Shown here: positions 49,972 through 64,000 of the stretch, piece after piece | How the letters are laid out: each line of letters starts with the position of its first letter | Position numbering within the stretch: position 1 is the stretch's first letter | NCBI GenBank assembly: GCA_965153455.1 | Contig: OZ234493.1 | Span: 8,298,213 to 8,362,212 of the forward strand | DNA: 64,000 bases | Reading direction: 5' to 3' | Origin: Sphagnum compactum | Lineage: Eukaryota | Notes under the pieces: generated by a model | The model's input: the letters and a program-made list of their open reading frames with translations, nothing else | The model's database searches: none | Told to the model about the DNA's origin: nothing | Translations under genes and position numbers: made by a program

Positions 49972-51179
49972 GTTTTTTTCACATGTGTTTCCAATTGTGT
50001 TCTTGCATACTTTAGCAAGCTCCTCCTGATATTCTCAAAACTGTTCCCAATATAGTGCCGTTCCCAACAATCTATTATAGAAGGTGACCATAGTTACATT
50101 GTTCCCACTATTCGACCAGGTCTCCTCAAGATATGTATCACCATTGGCCATTGGCCATGTTCTTTGTCCAAAGGCTTACACTTTTGGCCTATAGTGAAGG
50201 TTGCAAAATATCTTTTTTTGCTTTCTTGGAGTGCAGCCTATCAAATTTATGAGATTGCAAGGTCTAATGTTTAGAGTAAATTATTTGTGGTGAGCCAATC
50301 AAAGAGGCCTATATGACAAAGAAGAAAAAAGAAAAGGAAATTTGAATGCAACCACAATTACTTAGTGTGAATCGTGTTAATTCCATTTGAAGCCCTTCCA
50401 ATGACCATTGGACTTCCAATATGGTCCATCATCCAAATGTCATAGAGCACTAGGAGAAAACCCTTAATGTATTTGACGGGTACCTATGCCTCGACCCTAG
50501 GGCTTTACCCTACACTCTTATTTCCACCCCATAGGTACTACCTATTACATATCTTCGGAGTTTTGGTGGGATTTGGTCTACCTTCCTTGATATAACATAT
50601 AACTCCCACCTCCAATTGTACCCAAAAACTTTTGGTTGTGGAATCCAAACCACCAAACTCATGATAAAGTTGAGCTAGCTTATATTTCTCTCTACACCCA
50701 CCAAATGTCCAACCTTACAAACTTACTACTACGAACCAATTGATTCAATACCATGGATTCTAGACTTACACATGACACTTAAGAAATGTCTTGGTTGAAT
50801 TGCCTTTCAAACATGATATAGAGGGTGGTGATGGCATGTTGTCTTCATATTGTTGGCCTCTTTTGCTTTTCAAAGCAATTTTTTTATAAAAATGGAGAAT
50901 AAATATTTAAATTGTTGGTGATGCTAAAGGCATTGTCATGGACATAAAATATAAGTTAAAAACTAAATATATGTTAAAATATATGTTAAAATAATTTAAT
51001 AAGTAATCTTACTTCTTTCAAGCTTATAATAATGAACATGAAAAGGCATAATTTTGAGATCCTGCATAAATAATAATCAATTATTGGGAAACCATATGAG
51101 AACATAAGAAAGAGAGAAAAATGGAAAGGGGGTTGAAGGGAAATTTTGCTCTGTTTGGAACAAGTTACACTCGTGTACT

Positions 51180-51655
51180 TAAATTTTCATTTTCTTTGGG
51201 CTTTGAATGGGTGCTTTACAAATACCATGCATCCGTAATTATTTCAATTTTATTGTGAAAATAATTATTTCTATATTTTTATATTTCTTGATGAATTGCT
51301 AGAAATGTGTAACGTTAAAATTCAAAATACCAAAAATAAAATCATTTAGCAACATCAAATGATCCCTTTCCAAGGTACTAAAACTTAATTTTCTTTTTGT
51401 TTGGGTTCAAAATTGGGGCTTTACGAATACCATATATATACTTAATTAATTTCAACTTGATATGAAAATTTATTTTTATATTTCTATTTTTGGTTCATGG
51501 ATTGTTAAAAATTATACTGACAATGATTCATTAGAGTTGATTGACTTAGGATGATTATATTTTTATTATATGGTATTGTAGTATACTACCAAATTCCAAC
51601 TCAAAATGTGTTCAACCCATTCCCAATTGGAGAGGCATGGAAATGTGTCTTTTTG

Positions 51656-51689
<34 letters not shown>

Positions 51690-52850
51690 TATTTTGCAAC
51701 ACCATAATTCACAAGCAAACTTTCAATACTTTCTTCATCAATTTGAATCTCATTTTTTTTAATTGAATTCAAACTCAATTCTATTCAAGGTGCATGCAAT
51801 GTCATTCAATATTTTCATTCAAATGGAAGTTAACTTCCACAAAAATGTGCATCTAACACACTAACAATTGTCGAAAATGAATTAAAAATGATAAAGTTAC
51901 GGGCCCCCAAAGTAAAGGGGTTCAAGAACTCAAAAAAGAAAACATCAAACATTCCAAAAGTCAGTTCCTAAACACCTCAAAAATTCCTTGTATGTTGTTT
52001 TGTTGCTATTAGAGTTCAAAGATGATTTGTAGAACTTCAGGTGGTGTTCCTATAGCACTTTAAATTGTTTAAAATGCGTTTTAAAAAAAGAAAAAGTTAT
52101 GACATTTGAAAGGAGGAAGGATCCAAAGAATAAGTAAATTAAAAAAATGTGTTTTGTAAGTTGGAAAACTTTTTTTTTTTCCTTGTTATTTTTCATTTAC
52201 TCGTTTTCCTTTGCATTTCAAAGATGATTTCTAGAGCTTGAGGTAGTGCTCTCATAACACTTTAAATCACTCAAAATGAAGCACATACAACGAAGCTATA
52301 AATAAGTGTTCAGTCATAGGTAGGAGATTGATGATGGTCCGATCTACCCTACTAGTAGACCTTGAAAATATAAGTTTTTTTTTGTAATTTTTGTAATTTT
52401 TCTTTTTCTTTGGGATTCAAATTGGGGCTTTACAAAATACAATATACATATAATCCCTAATGAAATTTCAACTTGATATGACAACAATCCTTTATAATAT
52501 TCCTAATTTTTATGTAATGAATTTTTAAAAATAAGTAGTATAATATGAAGAATTTTCATCTAAGTATTAAGAATTCTAGAAACCAAAAAATTAAAGAAAC
52601 ATAGGACTATCCTTTTCTAAAGTGGTACCTAAATTCACCTAATTTTCTTGCCATGTACAAACCCTAATTAAATTCAACTCGAAATGAAAAATGTTTAATT
52701 ATATGTATAAATTCCTATTTTTCCTAATGAATAATTTTAAAAGAAAATACTATAAAGAAAATTTTATAAACCTATTAAGAATTCTAGAAACCCCAAAAAA
52801 AAAAAAAAAAAAAAAAAAGAATAATTAAAGAAACATAGGACTATCCTTTC
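51180..52850 (+). repeat. Patchwork of local direct repeats upstream of the TRB gene
   Basis: TTTGGG..TCAAA..TTGGGGCTTTAC..ATAC recurs at ~51195, ~51400 and ~52410. TATTAAGAATTCTAGAAACC...TTAAAGAAACATAGGACTATCCTTT recurs at ~52565 and ~52773. TCAAAGATGATTT.TAGA.CTT.AGGT recurs at ~52016 and ~52218. Confidence 0.6.
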
Positions 52851-53580
52851 CCAATGCCCATGCATGCATTTTGGGACTCTTAACACTTTCTAGAGCGTGG
52901 GAAGCGCAGAGGAGGCCTCTTTGCCGCTGTTGCAACAAAAGCGAGAGAAGAGCAAGAGGGGGAGATGGTGGTGCTGCATTAGGGCTAGGGTTTGGAGCCC
53001 ACCAACTTGTCCTCCATCAGCGATCATCAACCCAAACCGCAAAGCAAAGCGCAAGCGACGATTCTGTGTTGGCTTACAGTGATGCCGCGTCTTTTGCATG
53101 TGAGTAGTGTGAGTTCCGGGGAACACAAACCTTCCCCAAGGGTTTTGCTTTTGGTGTGTGTGTCTTGTTGTTCTTAGGGTTAAGCTCGAGAGAGAGGCTT
53201 TAAACGCACCATTATTTTTCTCTCCTTCTTCTTCTTCTTGCGGGCTTTTTGTTTTGGTTGACTTTTGTTGTGCACGGATTTGAGCTTTTTTCTTTTCTTT
53301 TCTGTGTCTTGATGCGTTGTGGGGGTTTTTTTTTTTTTCGTTTTTTTTCCCTCCCTTCTTAGTGTTGTCTTTTCTTACTCCGCTTCAACAACACTAGAAC
53401 GCCAGTTCTGATTTTGGTCTTCTACAGTTTTTTGTTCTATTTCTATGATTCTCTGCATTTCTGTTTTTTTACAACCCTGTCCAGTTGGTTCTCTTTCTGG
53501 ATCTTGTTACTTGTGATGGTTCAATGGGATAATCCTTCTGTTGAGCATTTTAAGACCAACTTCAAGAAGTCCTAACCCTA
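52659..53580. promoter_or_regulatory. Telo-box-like motifs in the promoter/leader of the TRB gene
   Basis: AAACCCTAA at 52659-52667, TTAGGGCTAGGGTTT at 52979-52993, TTAGGGTT at 53174-53181, CTAACCCTA at 53572-53580. Confidence 0.45.
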
Positions 53581-53795
53581 GAAAGTTTCCATCCAGTTTT
53601 TGCATGGGGGTTGTGCAGTGTTTTTGTTTTTTTTCTTCCTCGTCTCTTATGGATGTCGGGTTTCAGAGTGCGAATGTGAGGAGCGTGTGTGAAGAAAACT
53701 GGTGGGAGAAGTAGGGTGACAAAGTTGGTTCTCTCAAAGAATAGGGGCTAACAGGTCCAACGGCGACAGAAACGGTGGAACGAGTAAAAAGAGCA

Positions 53796-56700
53796 ATGGG
53801 AGCGCCCAAACAAAAATGGACTCCGGAGGAGGAGGCAGCTCTCCGGGCAGGAGTTGAAAAGTATGGGCCAGGGAAGTGGAGAGCAATACAGAAGGACTCC
53901 AAATTTGGGCCCTGTCTTACATCCCGATCTAATGTTGATCTCAAGGTAACATTTTATTTTATTTTTATGTTCAGAAGTGTAATTCACAAAATTGACCACA
54001 TCAAGCAATCATCTATCCTCTTCCATGTTCAATTTCCTAGCATGGTAGGGCTCCTCATAGCTCTATTATGTTTTCTCCTTGTGATCTTGTCCATTTCAGG
54101 CCATTTTCAATAAATTTTTTGTCCTTTCTTGTTCCAACTATCCTTACACCAGAAAGAGGCTGGATCCTGCATGTCTGAATTTGTTGCTACTTCCGAATCC
54201 AAATGCAAGACATCCTTACCTGAAGAGTTGTCATTTTGTGGCATCAAAGGTGTACAAGGGGGAGTCAGTAGGGTTTGAACTGAGTTCATCTTTCCTATTT
54301 CTCTGCATGTCTGTTCAGGTAGTTGTTTCGAGAAATGGGTCTAGTAGTCTCTTTTTGTGGCCTGATGGTGTTGTGATAGCCTGGTTGAATTTTAGTACAC
54401 TTGAACAAGTAAAAGAGCAATAGCAACTGGGTTTCTTGGATAGCATGGGAACCTATGTGCTTCCAAGTCCTTCAGGGAAGAATTAGGCAACTTCCTGATA
54501 CAAAATGCTTAAAAGGAGCATAAAGCTAAGACACTTGGATCTGTGTGTCCATGGAGGTTTTTCTTCGACAGAAAGAGGCCTCTCTGTACTTGGGTTCCGT
54601 CTGATACCTACAAATAGTTTGAAATGTATGCTGAGGCCACTATAGGATGGGGTGAAGGAGTGACCTACATTTCAATCAATGCCATTAATGGCATACGTTC
54701 ATGCTTTTCTTCCTTCACGTTCCATTTCTCACAATCCAAACAATTCAAGCCACATGGCACTCACAATCACAAGAAGTATTTGGACAGGAGTGTAAGTGGC
54801 TCAAGCTGTGGGGATATGCACTTTTCCTGTGGTCATGGTCATGTATGGAACAAGCAGAGCATGATCATTTCTGCATTGCTTGGAGTACATCATTCAAGCA
54901 GTACAGTGGTCCTACCAAATGAATGATGCTGGTGATTGTGATTGCAGGACAAGTGGCGAAATATGAGTGTCAGTGCCAATGGGTTGGGATCATCAAGGGA
55001 GCGTGGAAAGCCACTGGCCCTTATGCCACCTCCTGGTATGTTGACTTTGATGGATGATGCATTGGCCATTGATCCATTGGCAACCATGGCACCTGCAGAT
55101 GTAAAAGGCGATGGTGCAGACATATCCTCTGATCGCAAATCACTTGGGCCTAGGTAGGCATCTTGACAAAACAGGGACTCAGGATCCAAAGTTCAAAAGA
55201 TGGTTCCAATCTTTTCCTTCCTCATGTTAATTGTCATTTTGCTGCATTCTAGAGGTAAGAAGTCTTCATTGTATGGGCTCATTACTGCATCATGTTTTTG
55301 CCCCATTTCCATTAGTAAGTTTGAGATAAAGTGTGTTGCAAAGAGACTCAGTGAAAAGGAAATTTGGATTGAATTTTTCCTTTTATGTGGAGGGTCAAGC
55401 AGGAAGTTTTGTAATTCTCTTTGGTGCCATGCAAAATCAACAAGAAAATGTTTCTCTAGAGTGCCATGATGTTAGGTATCTATTTATTACTTTGCACTAT
55501 TATGATAGTGAGAAAGGGAGTTGGTGCAGCTGGGTCTATTTTATTCAGTATTTCAGAGTTTCTTTGTCAGTGAATGGACCTGTGTTGATAAGGCAGGCAT
55601 CTGCTTTGGCACTGGCTTTGAGGTTCTTCTGATATCTGGTCTACTGGATTTTGGTGGGTATAGATATGATGACATGGTATTGGAAGCTGTTTTGGGACTG
55701 AAGGAACCCTATGGGTCTAGCAATGCATCCATTGCCAACTACATTGAGGTACCTCGTTTCTATGAACAACATGCTCTGTCTGCAGTATTGATTCATTAGT
55801 TTACAGCTACCTCATGGTTGAAGGTTTTCCCATGCCATTTGAATTAAGTGTAGCCTGGCCCTGAAGTTTCCATATCATACCAACAAGCTCCTGAAAGGAT
55901 AGAAATGTGCATAGAAATGTGCCAACTGCAATTGAACCCCACTGGATGTTTGGAAACTGAAGTTTATATAGCGTTAAGTGAATTAAAATTTGGGCTGATA
56001 TGCTGTGAGATTTGCTCATGGGTTGTTGTTTCCAATGAATGTCCAAGAACTGTGCAATCAAATGGAGAGAGTTAAATCATGAAATTTACTGAGGGTGGTG
56101 TGTAATAAAGGAGCGACATCCAGTGCCATCCAATTTTCGGAGACTTTTGACAACAAAGCTCAAATCATTAGCTCTCTCGGGCAAGCTTGTGAAGGTAAGA
56201 TTTATTAAACTGTCTTCAGCTTTATGAACAAATTAAGACAATGAAATAGTGACAGGTTAACTCTATTTAGTATTATGAATGGATTTGTGAGGTGACTGTA
56301 TTGAAATTGTGGAAATGTATGTATATCACAGGTCCGACAAAATTACAAGATCAACGAAGGCAAAGAGAGTCCTCTGGTTGCAGAAGTTGCTGAAGAAAGG
56401 GAGCAATCTTCAAGGGGGAGTGATGGAAAACCACCAAAGGGGAATCGACACCAACGACCGGAGGGACAGAGCGATGATGCCAACAAGATACGAACACCAC
56501 GTTTTCCTCGGGACCCTCGTGACCCTTCAAGAAAGTTCAGGAGTGACTTGGGTCCTCAAAAAAAGCCGAAGATGGATATTGAGCATATTGCAAGAGCAAA
56601 GGCAAAGACTGCTGAAGAGGCAGCCCGAGCAGCCTCAATTGCAGTTGCTGAGGCAGAGGCAGCTGCGGCTGCAGCTGAGCAGGCCACTTGGGATGCAGAG

Positions 56701-56808
56701 GCTGCAGAAGCAGAAGCAGAGGCACTTGAAGCAGCTGCTGAAGCGGCTATGGCAGCAATCAGACCACCAAAGAAGTGTGAGTCTTCTCAATCTGTACCTT
56801 TAGGATGA
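53796..56808 (+). CDS. TRB: Single-Myb-histone (SMH) / telomere repeat-binding factor, ~333 aa
   Basis: Exons 53796-53945, 54948-55153, 55664-55748, 56111-56194, 56332-56808; GT-AG, in phase. Telobox Myb [16 protein letters not shown]...RSNVDLKDKWRNM, H1/H5 globular domain [10 protein letters not shown]...[20 protein letters not shown]...GKLVKVRQNYKI, and the Ala/Glu coiled coil [24 protein letters not shown]. Confidence 0.96.
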
Positions 56809-58803
56809 CCTTATTCATTTTGTCAGGTTTGGGAATTACTATGTTTGATCTCTTTAGATGTTGCTGTTGAAAGTTGTCAATTCTCTCAAAACAGGCAACT
56901 GAAGTGAAGGCACAACATCTAATGGTGTTTGAAAAGTTCCTGAAACTCCAGTCAGTCACTGGCTCCTGGACTGTCAAACCCAGACTAACCACAAAAAGGG
57001 GCACCACAGAGCACTGGATCTCAGGTTTTGGGGAAGATACAGTTAGGTGCAGTGATCGGTCACTGTAATGGCTTGTACATATTGGCTAATGTGAACTATT
57101 GGGGTGGATGCAGCGTTGAGAGCAGTGGCAATTGCACAGGAAGTGGCAGTAGATGGTTAGTATATGTTTGAACTTGTATCATGCAAAGAGGGGTGCCCCC
57201 CCCTTTCTCTTGGGCTCTCCAGGAGTCTGCCATAGCCAGCAACCATAAAGCAACTGTTCAGTCCTGATTTGCCGGATTTGTATTGTAGACAACCCTTCTT
57301 CTTCATATCAGGCACTTAGTGGCCAGGGAGTCTTTTTCCAGGGGCAGAAAAGGAAGGATGACAGAAAGATCATTTGTTCAGTGGAAGCCTTTTTATGGTG
57401 CTCGAAAAATGTGGGTATGGCATCTGTATTTGTGACCAGGTATCTTGTAGTCTGATTTCTCAGGGCTGTTTGAAAGCATGTAAGACACTTTTTTGTGCAT
57501 TAAAACGTCCCTTGTATGCAACCTCTTCTGGTGATGAGACCCAATGTAGATTCCCAGTCTCCAGACTAGATGCTCATGTATAACTGTCTGAATAGCATTT
57601 CTTCTGAACACCTTGTATCATGGATAGCTTTTTCTAGTACTTTGCCTGGCATGATTTAATTAGTACTGCTGATGATCACATGTGGTGCAAATGGGAAGTT
57701 GCCCTAAGACAATTGCAGTGTTCAAACTTTGATAGGTCTCATGTACCTATGAAGGAATCATCCTAACCAAGATGAAACTTGTATCCTAACCATACATTGT
57801 TGAAAGGGTTGTGCATGTATTGTGTTGAAAGTTTGAATGCATGATCTGCCATAGGTCAAACTTGAAATCTAATCCGAATCCTCACTATTCCTTGGTTTGA
57901 ATGATGTTTTCTCATGTTCTGGCCAGTGATTTGGCATGGGTCGGGTCTACCATTCTTTCACTAGTGAGGAATCTGTACCAACACAGCTGGTATGCAAGTA
58001 GGCATCAAGTATTGGGATGGTAGATCATGGCTTCACGCTATCAGACCATGCTTATGTGCACTGTATGGATACAATGTGCTATTGCCAGATATTAGTTGAT
58101 GGTTGCCATGGGGACTGTTTCAAACTTTGGTATCTGGAAAAATTGTGCTCAACTGACTTCCAAATGAAGCTCTCGGTAGTCTAAGATTAGTGCTCTCCTG
58201 CTGAGGCATGTTGCATTGGTCAGGCTCAGATATTGCATGGACTTGATGATCAAGAGCTAGCAAAAGGTGATCAATTTTGAGGAACCTATTCTATATCTAC
58301 AAACCTGGCAATCCCAAATCCACAATAGGTGAAGGTTGTTCAGTGTAAGAAAAAATCTTCCCTTGGAACTACTTTCCACTATGCAATCATGCCTTTAAAA
58401 AAGAACAAAGGAAACCTTGAAATCTAAACAACAAATAATCCCAAAAATCAGTGTTTTGGTAGGAAATTAAGTTTACCTTCCTACATGAGTTTTCGACCCT
58501 GCACATCTACTTGCAAGAAGGAAAACAAAGGCAAGTCAAAACAAAATACACCAATTACATCTCTCATCACTACTCCTCTCCTATTCCAAGAAGACCACAA
58601 GAAAGGAGGAGGAACCAACTAAGTTCCCCACCACCCATGAGTCACAATGGCACCCCATTCTTTCCTACAAAATAGGGAGCTTATCCAAATCTCCTCCACA
58701 AGTCCTTAGATAGAGGCAACCCATTTGTCAACAACCTTCTCCTCAAGGACTAATTAACCTAATGGCTTCATCCCCTAGTAATTAGTAGATGGTTAGTCTA
58801 CAC

Positions 58804-61493
58804 CAGTGTTGGACGGTTCTCACTTTTTTGTGAGAACCGGCTGGTTCTGGTTGTTACATTATGTTATGAGAACTTGATTGATTTATATATATATATATAT
58901 ATATATATTTTGTGGGCTGGTGAAAACTGATCAGGTTCTCAAGATTTTTATTTTTTCCAAATTCACCCGGTTCTCAAATAAGGCGATTCTTGCATATATG
59001 ATAATGGTCGATTCTCTTGACTGGTTCTCACAACCCAGTTCTCTATTTTTGGAAGATAATATTTTATTTAATAATTATTTATTTCCTTTATTAATTAAAA
59101 TATTTTTTAAACTTAAAATTTTACTTTTAAATACATGAAAATTTGGAAAAAAATATTTGAAATTTACAATTCCACAACTTCATCCCTTTCAAAAGCTCCT
59201 TCAAACTCCTCTAATTCTTCTTCTACATTAAGATCACTCTCAATAAAATTCGCAAAACTAAAAGGGGATTTACAACCTATCCTAGGATCATTGGGCCAAT
59301 TTTTGCTTACAAAAATCAATTTATCCAAATATTTTGATTGAAAACAGTATTTCCTAAGACTAGTAAGAATTTCAGCTAATGAAAATATTATTTCTGTCTC
59401 AATTTGAGATGCAACTATTCCTAAAATTTGTCTAGCACAAAAACCAACTGTAAGAAACATGTTTTCATGTTTTTCTCACCACTACAGTGGACATTTGATG
59501 TCTTTAACATCCACTTGATAACACCTAAAAATCAAAAGTTCTCTATTGACCAATTTCGTTGTTGGCTCACTTGTGCCCGTTGTCATCTCCAAGATATCCA
59601 AACTCTTGTCCTTTTCAACCCTTTCATCAACAACACCCCTTTCAAATTCAACCAATGGATGCAAGTGATAATAACATTTCACAAACATAGGAAATAGAAA
59701 ATTTTTATCATATTCTTCAACAATCACCTTACCTTGTTCAAGACAAATAAATGAGGACACAAGACAAAGAGTTTTAAATCTAGGGTCCAACATTAAAGAA
59801 AGCATATAATGGGCCTTCCTTTCCTCATATTTTTTTAAGAAGAAAAGAAAAGAATCCAAAACTTGAATAACTTCCTTCTTTACGTTGGAGGCCAAACATG
59901 ACAACTCATAAACAACATTTTCATCTTCTTTCATTAAGTTGTCAAAGGTTACAAAATCAATTTAATCTCTAAATTTTAAACTCATGGATATGGCATAATT
60001 TAATGCATCACTTAACAACCAATGACCCCTAGATTGGTTCAGAATACAAGTAGACACAACAGGGCCAAGAGAATCAACAATCATGTAACAAATGTGCCAT
60101 GTCAAAGGAGGTGGTACTCTTGCACCCATTCTCACATAATTTTGCCTACTGTAACATAATATAGTTGTTTTTTTGAATTGCAAAGCTTCCTAGAAAAGGA
60201 TAACTCTATTGGCAAATCTGCAATAGCAAAAGAAAATGTTAGATTATGCATAATATCAGTTGAAAAAAAATGAAAAAAATGTTATGCAAAGAAAAAATTG
60301 ACAAAAAATGTTAACATAAAAAAGTTTACAAAACTAAAAATTTACCTTCTGTTCATTGGAGTATTTAATTTTTGAGGGGGAAGCCTTAAATTTGCACATG
60401 CCTTTTCCAATTCTTGCTTACCCTTTCCAAAAAAAATTGGCCAAGTTATGCATTTTGCAAATATGCTTGAGCAGATTTGATTGACACATATCGTAAGTCT
60501 TTGCAAATTTTTTCCTCTATTGTAGCATATTGACAACCTCGGAAAATGCATGCCTAAAACAAGTGCCCTAAAAACTTTCCTCCAACCCAACATATCACAT
60601 CTTATAGTTGATTTTAGAGCTATAGTCATAGTGTTTAAATTAAATCCCAACATCCTTGACATAAGCAATTTTCCTTCCTTCACTGCATAATTATCCAACA
60701 ATTTTGTCAACTTTTTTGCCAAAATCTATCCAGTAGTGTTTGTAGGCTCAAAAAGACCAAGGGTGATCTGCTTTGGCTACTAATCATCTCCTAAAAAATT
60801 AATCGCCAATGCAAAAATATCATGTCCAGCTTTTGACATCCACAAATCAAAACTTGCAATTGCAGAATGATATTCTATTAAAACTATTAAAACATATAAT
60901 TGTTTAGTTTTTTCCACTAATCCGAACAGTAATTCATTAGAAAATTGTTTTCTGGAAGGAAAAACAATTCTGAGACACAAATGCATATTGAATCTTTTTA
61001 ACCAATTGTTTTCAACAAATTGTAAAGGAAGATGAATTTTGACAATTAAAAAATTTAAATCTTCCCAAAAAAAAGTTTGCTGCACATCATCTTTCTTTAA
61101 AGGTTCTTTTGTAGCAAACAAATTAGATATGTAATTAAAATAAACATTTGATCTCTTTTTGGAAGGTTGTTTTTCATCTTTCTTCAAAGGATAATTAATT
61201 TCTATTTCAATTTTTGAAAAAATATTAGGATGATCCGAATTGACATGTTTCCTCAATGTCATTATGCCATTAAATGAATTATATATGATTAATCCTTTCC
61301 TAGCTTGTGTTTTTGGATTTACATTCAATATTGGATTATTGTGACAAAGAATACACTGCATAGTTTGAGGAGTTTTTGCATTAACTTTTTTGTTATCATT
61401 AACACAATAAAATGCCCAACACAATGCATTTATACTATTTCTTCTCCAGAATGTTCTTTGAGCATATAACTTCTTTAAATTCTTTTCATTCAT
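58804..61493 (-). mobile_element. hAT DNA transposon 3 (transposase pseudogene 61493-59164, 3' terminus at 58804)
   Basis: BED finger CILCHN...LRKHVNSDH, SFDLWMSK, LMLDPRFK, dimerisation domain CPLQWW...ARQILGIVASQIETEIIFS. Several frameshifts and stops; intron 60345-60218. Terminus CAGTGTTGGACGGTTCTCAC with subterminal GGTTCT/GAGAAC repeats. The 5' TIR was not located. Confidence 0.9.
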
Positions 61494-63664
61494 TTCAAAA
61501 TTTCTACTTCGTTTTCAAATTATTTGAAGACTAACCATTTTTGTTGTAATGTGAAATGATTTGATGAAATGTCAAACCACAGGCACCAACTTGCCTAAAA
61601 CATTTGATGAAAAAACTTTTTAATCTAGTCACCAAGTCATTGTTTGTTTATAGGTAGGATGAACATGACCTTTAGGTTTTGGAAAAATAAAATAAATTGA
61701 AAATTAAAAATGGAAGTTTGGATTGAACCCCCAAAACCTCCTTATCTTTAACCTAGTCCGAAGCACCAAAATCTAAGGTCCAAAGAAAGTGTAAAATTTT
61801 TCAATGCCTGATCATGATGGCAATGGAACTCAATTCTTCCCACTATCATTTCCCCTTGGTGAGCCCCCTCTTTTGCTTCTTCTACTAGATCTTCAATTGC
61901 TATTATTATTTTTGAACAAACAAGGCAACCACAACCACAATGGTCACAGTAATGAATAGATGTATCCTTCCCACCTTCCCCTTGCTCCTATTATTGTTGA
62001 CCTTTAAAAACTACTTAGCTAAAGCTTTGAACTATGGTGATGATGGTGATGGTGACATTGCTTCTATTGTTAGTGTTGTTATTAGTTGATGCAAACCCCC
62101 AAACACAAAGTGAGAGAGAGAGGGAGAAAAAAATAAAGACAATTTAAAAAACACAAAAATGAAAAGGTCCCTTGTGATAGACACATGGGCCTCTTCCTTA
62201 ATGGTTTTGTTTTTCTTCTCATTTCATTCACACAACAAACTCTAGGGTACGTGAATTGTTCTACAATGTAGTCTCAAAACCGTTGTGGGGTTCCAACACG
62301 TGTGTACATTATTAACATCCATAGGCAACAAACTCTTCTTTTGGAACTCCTTTGCCAAAACTCCAAATGTCTTCCATGCATGAAATTTTGGGAGCAAGGT
62401 GAAATTTTGGAACTTTTATTGCCAATAACATCTTCCTTTCAAAGACAAGTCAAGAAATATATTTGTTTAAGAATGTAAAACATTTCTAGGGGGATTGATG
62501 GTGACTAATTTGGAATACACTATTATCTCCCGGATTTCCGCATGCCCAAAGCTCCAAAAGATACATAAATTATTATGCATTCTTGTTTGTGCATACTAGT
62601 TTAATTTGGTTTGAAATTGAAACATATGGTGAACCTAGAAGCCATGTTTCTAGATGTAGTTTTTACACCATGTGACAATCTTATGTGTTTATTGATGAAA
62701 CCTTGGCATGTTTTATTAAACAAAACACCTAGCAAAAGGGGAAAGGAAGAACAAAGAGAGAGGACCCAAGTGTGAACCAGAAGCACAAAAACCCAAAGTG
62801 GGTCACAAATGGGCATAGGAACAAATTATGTTCCAAAGCCCCCACCAATTGCAAGAAGCATATCAGAAAAGGGAAGGGAAGGGACCCTGAAAGAGTAGTA
62901 AGCCTAGAAAAGTCCTCACCATATTTTATTGGTGTTTTGTGTTGGCCACTTTAGAAATTTTGTCCACCAAGTTCATTGTGAACTTATCATTGTGTTGTGA
63001 CAATCTTTGCAACTCTCTCTAGATGGTATATAGCATACACCATAGTTTAGGTTTAATTTCAAGATACTTTAGCTTCAGGGAAAAAAGGAATCAATGTTCT
63101 CCTTTTTTCATTTTACAAAGAAAAGTTCCTTATTGTTTGTCGAGGAGCTTGATTGTTGAGTTTTTCTAGTGTTCTACTTGGTGGAACTTTTGTAGTGTTA
63201 ATGCATTTCATTCCTGTGCATTGTGAGATACTAGTGCAGAATTGTTCCTTGGTCTGGGCACTGTTTTAACTTAGAGGTGAAGTGTACTCTGAACTTTGTT
63301 CGTCTTTTATTGTCAATGATTCAAAATTGGAATTGAGTTTGTGGGGATGCAACATGTGCACCAATTGTTTAAGTCCTTGGCATATATGTGTAGACAATTC
63401 TTTCTCAAAATTTTCCAATGGAGGTCTTCTTGTAAGGCCTCTGAAGTAAAACTGCACACAACCTTGAATCCTCAAGCTGTTTATCCCATTTCTCTTCTCA
63501 CATCTCAGCCTTGACTTTAATACAGGTTTTGCATCTAATGACCCAAAAAAAAATTTAAAAATTGCACAAATTTTGTGAGCTTGCAGCATCACCATGTCAT
63601 CCCACAACCCTGGAGATTTGGTGAGACTTTTGAAATCTGGTTGGAAATGGGAATCACTGTTGGT

Positions 63665-63860
63665 TGTATGGCATGAGAATTGCTGTTAGTGTACTGTATG
63701 AGAGAGAAAGTGTATGAAGATTGCTGTTATTGTATGTGTATGAGAATTGCTGTTATTGTACTGTATGAGAATTGTATGAGGATTTCTGCATTGCTGTTAT
63801 TGTACGGTATGAGAATTGTATGAGAATTGCTGCTGTTGTGTTGAATGAGAATCGGTTGCA
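63665..63860. repeat. Degenerate ~26-bp tandem repeat
   Basis: (G)TATGAGAATTGCTGTTATTGTAC-like unit recurs about 6 times. Confidence 0.75.
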
Positions 63861-64000
63861 ATTGTATTGTACTGCTGCAATACCAGAAGAGAGCTCACCT
63901 TGAAACTCTCAAATGAAACACTTTCTAAACAAGCTGAGAAGGAAAAGAAAAAGAAAAAAGAAGTTTACCACATGATTCCAAACTTCCAAGCACAGAAAGC

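Noticed and set aside
63266-64000. Possible 3' exons of a minus-strand gene entering from beyond the window (donor-like sites at ~63898 and ~63968, 113-aa ORF)
   Set aside because: No phase-consistent model or recognisable domain could be built within the window.

Overview
Eukaryotic, intron-containing, AT-rich land-plant genomic DNA. Gene content and repeat families are most consistent with a moss such as Sphagnum (inference). I could build four spliced genes by hand, all with GT-AG junctions and consistent phase: a DHHC protein S-acyltransferase of the PAT12/13/14 group (+, 14610-18194, 7 exons), a secreted berberine-bridge-enzyme-like/AA7 FAD oxidase (-, 24241-22188, 3 exons), an unrecognised ~17-exon, ~1050-aa gene with a Gly/Tyr-rich repeat exon (+, 30728-37821), and a single-Myb-histone/TRB telomere-repeat-binding factor (+, 53796-56808, 5 exons). 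The rest is largely transposon debris. Positions 2.8-13 kb form a four-layer nest: a hAT transposase fossil contains a TIR element, which contains a MITE, which contains a chromodomain Ty3/Gypsy element with a deleted 5' LTR. That MITE copy also carries a fragment of a G-type lectin receptor-kinase gene. Other debris includes a CACTA-ended non-autonomous element with a 3-bp TSD, two more hAT transposase fossils, short dispersed repeats and tandem arrays. No rRNA, tRNA or CRISPR features were seen. All calls come from reading the sequence; no searches were run.
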